Assembly (NCBI RefSeq): GCF_042675605.1
Contig: NZ_JBHTJF010000025.1
Span: 12,944-36,943, forward strand
Direction of reading: 5' to 3'
Length of the DNA stretch: 24,000 nucleotides
Source: Savagea faecisuis
Lineage (GTDB): Bacteria > Bacillota > Bacilli > Bacillales_A > Planococcaceae
The notes beneath the pieces are model-generated. The model had not been told where the DNA came from. It saw nothing but the letters and a program-made list of their open reading frames with translations, and ran no database searches. The translations under genes were made by a program, and so were the position numbers. Positions 18,140 through 24,000 of the stretch are shown piece after piece (the first letter of the stretch is position 1; the number at the start of each line of letters is the position of its first letter).

Positions 18140-18791
18140 TATGGCGGATGAATTTGTTCAAGCATTCATTGAAACAGGCTGGATGCTTGGAATCGCGACA
18201 TTCTTTTCGATTGTGGTCGGTGTACCATTAGGTGTCTTTTTATTTGTAACGAGTGAAGGGATGTTTTGGCAAAACCGAATCGTTCAATCGATTGCTGGCA
18301 CGACGATTAATATTATTCGGTCGCTCCCGTACATTATTTTACTTGTTTTGCTCATTCCATTAGCGAAAGCATTATTAGGGACATCGACAGGACCGACGGC
18401 GGCAAGTGTTTCACTCGTGTTCGCAGGTATTCCATTTTATGCGAGACTCGTTGAAAGCGCGCTTCGAGAAGTGGACCGCGGTGTCATTGAAGCAGCCGAA
18501 TCATGCGGGGCTTCCCCATGGCGTATCATTTGGGATGTTTTATTACCCGAAGCGAAGTCTGGCATGATTGCGGGTCTTACGGTGACGGTTATTAGTTTGC
18601 TTGGTTACTCTGCAATGGCCGGCATGATAGGTGGCGGTGGCATCGGAGACTTAGCCATTCGGTACGGATATCACCGCTTCCAACAAGAAGTGATGATTGC
18701 GACAGTTATCATTTTAATTATCGTCGTTCAATTGATTCAATCGGTAGGGGATCGACTATCCAAAAAAGCGAATAAAATGAATGTAACGTGA
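18129..18791 (+). CDS. metI: methionine ABC transporter permease
   Basis: Multi-TM ORF with a MetI-type EAA loop region (ESALREVDRGVIEAAESCGASPWRIIWDVLLPEA). Overlaps the end of metN. Confidence 0.9.
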   Translation: MLVNMADEFVQAFIETGWMLGIATFFSIVVGVPLGVFLFVTSEGMFWQNRIVQSIAGTTINIIRSLPYIILLVLLIPLAKALLGTSTGPTAASVSLVFAGIPFYARLVESALREVDRGVIEAAESCGASPWRIIWDVLLPEAKSGMIAGLTVTVISLLGYSAMAGMIGGGGIGDLAIRYGYHRFQQEVMIATVIILIIVVQLIQSVGDRLSKKANKMNVT

Positions 18792-18937
18792 AAAAGTGAC
18801 CATTACCCTGGTATATATTTAGATATTCCACTTAAATAATTTCAGTTTTCCGATGTGACAGCAGTAGCGCTAAGGTATAAGATGAGAGTGATATGCTTGA
18901 TTGATGCATGTTGTTAATCATCGGAAGGAGAATTTCC

Positions 18938-19135
18938 ATGAATGAAGTGCTCGCTCGTTATATTCGAATCGTTAGTGTCGTCGGGGCATTGCTCATCGTG
19001 CTCATTCCTTTTTTATTTCGCACACCGACACCTGTCGCGTTAAAAATTATATTCGGTTTGCTCGTCGTGTTGTTTATCGTTTTAAGCATTCGGATGTTGT
19101 CTGTGAAGCGTGCGATGGATGATGCGCCGCGTTAG
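18938..19135 (+). CDS. small membrane protein, 65 aa (2 TM)
   Basis: ATG at 18938 after GGAAGGAGA. The product MNEVLARYIRIVSVVGALLIVLIPFLF...IIFGLLVVLFIVLSIRML is intact, unlike the decayed copy at 15472-15676. Confidence 0.6.
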   Translation: MNEVLARYIRIVSVVGALLIVLIPFLFRTPTPVALKIIFGLLVVLFIVLSIRMLSVKRAMDDAPR

Positions 19136-19150
19136 TTTACTGCTCATAAG

Positions 19151-19188
19151 GAAAGCATCGATTTCTGAAAAGAGATCGGTGCTTTTTT
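19151..19188 (+). terminator. Rho-independent terminator (copy 3 of the repeat)
   Basis: AGCATCGAT / ATCGGTGCT stem plus TTTTTT. Near-identical to 6739-6777 (one substitution and one extra T). Confidence 0.7.
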
Positions 19189-19287
19189 GTATGCATTTGC
19201 AGAACAGAAGGAGGTATTTTTGAAAAATGTTTAATGTTATGTGAGGAGGGCATCGGTAGAGTAATCATTCAAAAAGGAGAGATGGCA

Positions 19288-20166
19288 ATGACGAAAGAAT
19301 ATTATGAGGAAGTCGATGAAGCTGTTGGTCGTCAACAGCAACAACAGCAACCTGGAATTGAATGCGACATGGAACCAGCTCCGATTTTTGACAATGGAAC
19401 AAAAGGCGCTGGTCGCTTACGTGGCAAGAAAGCATTAATTACAGGAGGGGATAGCGGAATCGGGCGAGCTGTCGCATTAGCGTTTGCGAAAGAAGGAGCG
19501 GACCTTGCGATCGTCTACTTAGACGAAAGAGAACGTAAAGATGCGGAAGAAACGTTGCGTGCGGTGGAACCGTACGGGGTTCAAACGTATATGGAACAGT
19601 TGGACGTGAGTCGCGAAGAAAATAGTGCACCGCTCATTCAGCGTGTGCGTCAACAGCTGGGCGGATTAAATATTTTAGTTAATAATGCGGGAAAACAATT
19701 TCCACAATCGACAATCGCAGACATTTCAAGTGACCAACTGCATGAAACATTTGAAACGAACTTTTTTGGCTTGTTTTATGTGACGAAGGCAGCGGTTGCA
19801 GAGATGAAGCAAGGCGATGTCATATTGAATACGACATCGATTACTGCTTATAACGGTTCACCTGAACTGATGGATTATGCGGCGACGAAAGGAGCGATTA
19901 CCGCTTTTACTCGTTCGCTCGCTTTAAATCTCGTCGATCGAGGCATTCGTGTAAATGCCGTGGCGCCAGGACCGATTTGGACGCCTTTAATCCCTGCGAC
20001 ATTCGATTCGGAAAAAGTCGAACATCACGGGGAAGATACTCCGATGGAGCGACGAGGACAACCGGCGGAAGTTGCAGGAGCGTATGTCTTTTTAGCATCC
20101 GATGAAGCGAGTTATATGACGGGGCAAACGATTCATGTGAATGGCGGAGATTATACGAGTTCTTAA
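19288..20166 (+). CDS. SDR-family NAD(P)-dependent oxidoreductase (YhdF/YghA-like)
   Basis: ATG at 19288 is better spaced from AAAGGAGAG than the one at 19282. TGGDSGIGRA cofactor motif, NNAG, and Y-x3-K (YAATKGA). Confidence 0.85.
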   Translation: MTKEYYEEVDEAVGRQQQQQQPGIECDMEPAPIFDNGTKGAGRLRGKKALITGGDSGIGRAVALAFAKEGADLAIVYLDERERKDAEETLRAVEPYGVQTYMEQLDVSREENSAPLIQRVRQQLGGLNILVNNAGKQFPQSTIADISSDQLHETFETNFFGLFYVTKAAVAEMKQGDVILNTTSITAYNGSPELMDYAATKGAITAFTRSLALNLVDRGIRVNAVAPGPIWTPLIPATFDSEKVEHHGEDTPMERRGQPAEVAGAYVFLASDEASYMTGQTIHVNGGDYTSS

Positions 20167-20208
20167 ATCGCGTGAATGATGTATTCCTGTTAGATCGATG
20201 AAAAAATA

Positions 20209-20243
20209 AACCGTTTGAATCTCTAGTTTTGATTCAAACGGTT
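20209..20243. terminator. bidirectional terminator between convergent genes
   Basis: AACCGTTTGAATC / GATTCAAACGGTT perfect 13-bp stem, flanked by an A-run (5') and a T-rich stretch (3'). Confidence 0.75.
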
Positions 20244-20249
20244 CATTCG

Positions 20250-20429
20250 TTATTCAAGCTCTTTCGGGATGTGAATAATCGTTTCATTGGATAGTTTGTC
20301 CACTGCGTTCCATCGTTCCGCTGTCGTTTGTTTATCGAGTTCTGTCGAAAGGATAGTGGAAGCGGAATAGGCGTTAAACGTTAAAGCGAAAGCGCCGATG
20401 AGGATTAATGGTTTTAAGTGTGGCATCAT
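20250..20429 (-). CDS. small secreted protein, 59 aa
   Basis: ATG at 20429 after GGAAGGAG. Signal-like N-terminus MMPHLKPLILIGAFALTFNAYSAS. The longer track ORF (to 20531) has no RBS. Confidence 0.5.
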   Translation of the reverse strand: MMPHLKPLILIGAFALTFNAYSASTILSTELDKQTTAERWNAVDKLSNETIIHIPKELE

Positions 20430-20581
20430 GATTACTCCTTCCATTTCCTTTTTCTTCAATATACGTGGAATGGCTTGTGGAATCAAGAGAAGGGAGTCGT
20501 ACGCTTCATTATTTTTGACATCTCGTGTCAATGGCGTATCGTGTAAAGGGAAAGCTTAATTTTGAGAACGGAGGAATGAAA

Positions 20582-21595
20582 ATGAATGTAACAAATGAAC
20601 AAATTCAACTCGCACGACGTCCTGTCGGCACACCGGTGATGGAAGATTTTGCGTTTGTCGAAGCGCCGATTGCGTCACCTGAAGACGGCGAATTGCTTGT
20701 ACGCACGGTGTACGTGTCGGTCGATCCGTATTTGCGTGGTCGCATGCAAGATGCGAAGTCGTACATCCCACCTTTCCAGTTAGGTGAAGTGATCTCAAGC
20801 GGTGTCATTGCGCAAGTTGTCGAGTCTAAATCGGACCAATTCACAAAAGGAGACCTCGTCCTCGGCGCATTAGGGTGGCAACGTTATACGATTACACGTG
20901 CGGAAGCAGTGCGCAAAATTGATGCGTCAATCGAGCCCGTCACGCTTCACTTAAGCATGCTCGGGATGACGGGATTAACGGCTTATTTCGGATTGCTCGA
21001 TATCGGACAACCGAAAGAAGGCGAAACGGTCGTCGTCTCTGGAGCAGCTGGAGCGGTCGGTTCGACGGTCGGTCAAATCGCTAAAATTCACGGCGCGCGT
21101 GTTGTCGGCATCGCAGGAACAGCAGAAAAATGCGACTACTTAACCGAACAACTCGGTTTCGATGTGGCGATTAATTATAAAGAAGAAGAAGTGAAAGCTG
21201 CATTACGTGAAGCATGTCCAGACGGCATCGACGTATATTTCGATAACGTCGGGGGTACCATTTCGGATGCGGTATTCCCACTCCTCAACAAATTCGCTCG
21301 CATTCCTGTATGTGGCGCGATTTCGTCATACAATAACACGGAAGTCGAAATGGGCCCACGTGTCCAAACGGTACTCATTAAAACGAGCGCACTGATGAAA
21401 GGCTTCACAGTCGGCGACTACAGCGATCGCTACGGCGAAGGCTTAACAGCATTGACGACATGGTATAAAGAAGGCAAATTAAAATATGAAGAAACAATCA
21501 CAGAAGGATTCGACCACATCATCGACGCCTTCCTCGACCTCTTCAAAGGCGCCAACCTCGGCAAATCCATCGTCAAAGTCTCAGAGATTGAATAA
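20582..21595 (+). CDS. NADP-dependent oxidoreductase, MDR superfamily (YfmJ/CurA/leukotriene-B4 dehydrogenase type)
   Basis: ATG at 20582 after GGAGGA. The N-terminus NEQIQLARRPVGTPVMEDF...LVRTVYVSVDPYLRGRM and the GAAGAVGS cofactor motif are typical of this family. Confidence 0.85.
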   Translation: MNVTNEQIQLARRPVGTPVMEDFAFVEAPIASPEDGELLVRTVYVSVDPYLRGRMQDAKSYIPPFQLGEVISSGVIAQVVESKSDQFTKGDLVLGALGWQRYTITRAEAVRKIDASIEPVTLHLSMLGMTGLTAYFGLLDIGQPKEGETVVVSGAAGAVGSTVGQIAKIHGARVVGIAGTAEKCDYLTEQLGFDVAINYKEEEVKAALREACPDGIDVYFDNVGGTISDAVFPLLNKFARIPVCGAISSYNNTEVEMGPRVQTVLIKTSALMKGFTVGDYSDRYGEGLTALTTWYKEGKLKYEETITEGFDHIIDAFLDLFKGANLGKSIVKVSEIE

Positions 21596-21653
21596 CCAAA
21601 ATCGCATTTTGTAGACGAAATGAAAGGTACATCATACAATAGGAACAACAGAA

Positions 21654-21696
21654 CCCACCACGCCTCTTTCCAATGCGTACCACGGTGGGATTTTTT
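21654..21696 (+). terminator. Rho-independent terminator
   Basis: CCCACC-ACGC ... GCGT-(bulge)-GGTGGG, followed by ATTTTTT. Confidence 0.5.
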
Positions 21697-21817
21697 ATGT
21701 TTTAATAGCACTCAAAGCTATCATTACTTATATGTGAAAAACGTGTCTAATATGACCTTTTTTCGCATCTTTAAGTGACCGTATCAAGTCTTCGTGATAG
21801 GATAATGTTATATAGGT

Positions 21818-23169
21818 ACTCACAATGAGCATTTTTAGATACAAATTTTACCACATAAAAAGAAACGATAGCCACCCTATGCCACAAATAGCTCTTTTTT
21901 GATTTGGTCCAGTGATGTGCCTTCTTGCGCTTCGTTGTACACAAACTCAATGATGCCGCTGAATTGGGCGCGTCTCATTTGGTGAATCGCGACTGAAAAT
22001 GGCTGAAGCTGGAGCGCACCGATGAGTAAGTAAGCGAATTGAATTAATAGCCAGTAGCGGTAAATCGCCCGTTCATGACGCACTTGAACGCCTTGAAAGC
22101 CAAGGTAGCCTTTCACTTGTTTGAAGTACGTTTCAATCGCCCAGTGTTCACTGTAATAATCGAGAATTTGTTGGGTAGACAATTCGGTATCTGTGCTTAA
22201 AAAACAGCGTAAATGCTTGGTTTCCATCGGTTCATTCGCTGGCCAACAGAGGACGACCACACCGCAATCTAAATCGTTTAACGCACCTTCATAGCGGTAC
22301 ACACGGTACGTTTCTTGCCCGACCGTCACGATATCGGTTTCTTGTGCAGAAATGTGTGTCGCAAATTGTTTGACCTGTGTGCGAATGCCTGCTGGATAAA
22401 TGATGCGATTCGTTTTCAGCGCACCGATGACATGCATGCCTTGCCCAAATGCCGCTTCGATGAGTGCCTTTGACGTATACCAACTATCGCATAACACATA
22501 CGTTGGCTGGGTGGCTTGTGGTAAATCTTGAATGAAATCGACCGAGAGCTGGATTTTACTTTCATCCTTTTCTTTTTGAAAATGACGAAAATCATACGGA
22601 AACGCTTGTTCACCTGATTTCATCATCACCTGCAGCACTTGGTGTCCCCAAACGACCTTGCCTTCCGTGTGTGAAAAATGGAATCCGCAGCCCTGAATCG
22701 GGTGCTGTGCCTGTGACGAAGGCTTCTTTTTCTTGGCAAGCGTATCATCGAAGAGCCAAAATAACGGCTGCTTCGGATCAATTTGGCGACGCACATAGCG
22801 CTGACATTGTTGCTGTAAATAGCTCTCGTTCCAAGGACTTTTTTGAAGAAAGTGACTCAGCGTGGTGCGGTGTTTCGGATGATGGCTATACGCATGAATC
22901 TGCGTAAGTTTTCCTGTAAATCCGATGCTCGACATGCCATCGATAAAGTGCGTAAAATGACGCAAAACAGGCTTCGAAAAGTAAAATGGCAATTGCCAAT
23001 CAGAAAACCCTTTGTTGATTTTTTCATGATGTGATAAACTGTTCATCAGACAGACGCTCCTTTGGTGAATGGTGGTGTAGGAACTTTCATTTTACCTAAA
23101 GGCTGGCGTTCTGTCTTTTTCTATTTTATTATATGGTAATTATTTGAAGTGAATTTACTCATTGTGAGT
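21818..23169 (-). mobile_element. complete insertion sequence (1352 bp), IS701/IS4-superfamily type
   Basis: 12-bp terminal inverted repeats ACTCACAATGAG (21818-21829) and CTCATTGTGAGT (23158-23169), with sub-terminal ACCA(C/T)ATAA matches. A single transposase ORF fills the element. Confidence 0.75.
21877..23046 (-). CDS. DDE transposase, IS701-family-like, 389 aa
   Basis: DDE-type signatures WLFDDTLAKK, VLCDSWYTS and HWAIETYFKQVKGYLGFQGVQVR, with an N-terminal region typical of IS701-like transposases. Family assignment is from memory. Confidence 0.8.
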   Translation of the reverse strand: MNSLSHHEKINKGFSDWQLPFYFSKPVLRHFTHFIDGMSSIGFTGKLTQIHAYSHHPKHRTTLSHFLQKSPWNESYLQQQCQRYVRRQIDPKQPLFWLFDDTLAKKKKPSSQAQHPIQGCGFHFSHTEGKVVWGHQVLQVMMKSGEQAFPYDFRHFQKEKDESKIQLSVDFIQDLPQATQPTYVLCDSWYTSKALIEAAFGQGMHVIGALKTNRIIYPAGIRTQVKQFATHISAQETDIVTVGQETYRVYRYEGALNDLDCGVVVLCWPANEPMETKHLRCFLSTDTELSTQQILDYYSEHWAIETYFKQVKGYLGFQGVQVRHERAIYRYWLLIQFAYLLIGALQLQPFSVAIHQMRRAQFSGIIEFVYNEAQEGTSLDQIKKELFVA

Positions 23170-23432
23170 TTCACAATGAATAAACCAATAGAAGTTCTAA
23201 AAGGTTACATTTAGGTGAGCGGACCAAGCACACAAGCCGCGAAGCCACGTTTTGAGCGTGTCTTCACGACTTGTCTTCGTACTTTGTGTAAGGTCTGCTC
23301 ACAAGTAGATCTAGCTCCTAATCTTTCGAATTATATGGGCGGCTTACAGTGGTAGGCCGCACTTTCTAAAATTAGGCTATTCTTCTGTAACGTTTATACT
23401 TAAAGAATTGTTTAATAGAAGGTCTTTTTCAA

Positions 23433-24000
23433 TCACAATCGCTTTGAAATGTGGTCGATAATGGCTGTTGGTGTGATGCCATAGTTTGACTGTTCTTTCC
23501 CTAATTGTTCAGCGCTCGTTGCGTGATAGTAGCTAGCTGCCTGCATTGCTTCTAGTGGAGTGGCGCCTTGTGTAGTAAAAGATGTGAGAAGTCCTGTTAA
23601 TACATCTCCACTACCACCTTTTCCTAAAGCGTCATTTCCATAAGGGTTAATCCATAGTTTTCCTTCGGGTGTTGCAATAATTGAACGATGCCCTTTTAAT
23701 AACAAATACACTCCATATTTGACGGCGAATTGTTTTGCTACATCAATTCGGTTTTTCTCCACTTCTTTTACCGACACCCCTGTTAATGTCGCCATTTCTC
23801 CAGGATGAGGTGTTAAAATGATATCCCCTTCATAATCTTTCAATTTATGCAAATGGTTTTTAATAAAATAAAGTCCATCCGCATCGATAATAATTGTTTG
23901 ACGATTTAATTTGGATAGTAATGTTTCGCATATTTTTTCGCCGTCTACTTCACGACCAAGTCCTGGACCGAAAGCGATTACTTTAAATTTTGAAAAGTCT
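23433..24000 (-). CDS. nnrD: ADP-dependent NAD(P)H-hydrate dehydratase (YjeF C-terminal/YxkO type), N-terminus outside the window
   Basis: My own extension of the frame upstream of the track start stays open to the window edge (...VIAFGPGLGREVDGE...IIIDADGLYF...). Downstream motifs are LTPHPGEMATL and GGSGDVLTG. Confidence 0.8.
   Translation of the reverse strand, partial: DFSKFKVIAFGPGLGREVDGEKICETLLSKLNRQTIIIDADGLYFIKNHLHKLKDYEGDIILTPHPGEMATLTGVSVKEVEKNRIDVAKQFAVKYGVYLLLKGHRSIIATPEGKLWINPYGNDALGKGGSGDVLTGLLTSFTTQGATPLEAMQAASYYHATSAEQLGKEQSNYGITPTAIIDHISKRL

Noticed and set aside
17442-23034. Short antisense or alternate-frame track ORFs inside metN, the SDR, the MDR oxidoreductase and the transposase (for example 17442..17648, 19439..19630, 20556..20844, 21175..21408, 22289..22907).
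   Set aside because: The reasoning is the same: they are shadows of well-supported genes.

Overview
The window is a Bacillales-type chromosome, possibly Exiguobacterium/Bacillus-like (judged by eye from gene order and composition, unverified). It has a conserved core with an AT-rich accessory island inserted just after the tmRNA gene.

Core left, 1-6775: gpmI (partial), eno, secG, est, rnr, smpB and ssrA (tmRNA).

Island, about 6779-15470: composition is clearly more AT-rich than the flanks (eyeball estimate) and no integrase is present. Contents:
- Three unrelated transposase fragments (IS4-like N-terminus, IS1182/IS5-like C-terminus, IS3-family C-terminus).
- An M56 (BlaR1-like) sensor protease plus BlaI-family repressor pair. 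A second decayed copy of its promoter/operator and a blaI remnant drive a secreted protein gene.
- An XRE regulator plus small membrane protein pair.
- A DUF3784-like gene with an in-frame stop.
- A possibly truncated 100-aa ORF.
- A stand-alone 467-aa reverse transcriptase (YCDD active site) preceded by about 440 nt of structured non-coding leader.

Main finding: on the strand antisense to that leader lies what looks like a circularly permuted cryptic gene.
- A 150-nt unit is bounded by direct repeats exactly 150 nt apart.
- If copied head-to-tail, the unit would assemble a TTGACA-17-TATACT promoter, a GGAGG plus ATG, and a stop-free 50-codon repeat.
- This matches the logic I recall for DRT2-type RT/ncRNA defence. 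It is a hypothesis from sequence reading only.

Right of the island:
- A decayed copy of a small membrane-protein gene.
- A SAM-I riboswitch, yezD-like ORF and metQ-metN-metI cassette.
- The intact small membrane-protein gene.
- An SDR oxidoreductase and a small secreted protein.
- A YfmJ/CurA-type NADP-dependent oxidoreductase.
- A complete IS701/IS4-superfamily IS (1352 bp with 12-bp inverted repeats).
- The 3' part of an NAD(P)HX dehydratase gene.

No CRISPR array, rRNA or tRNA was seen.
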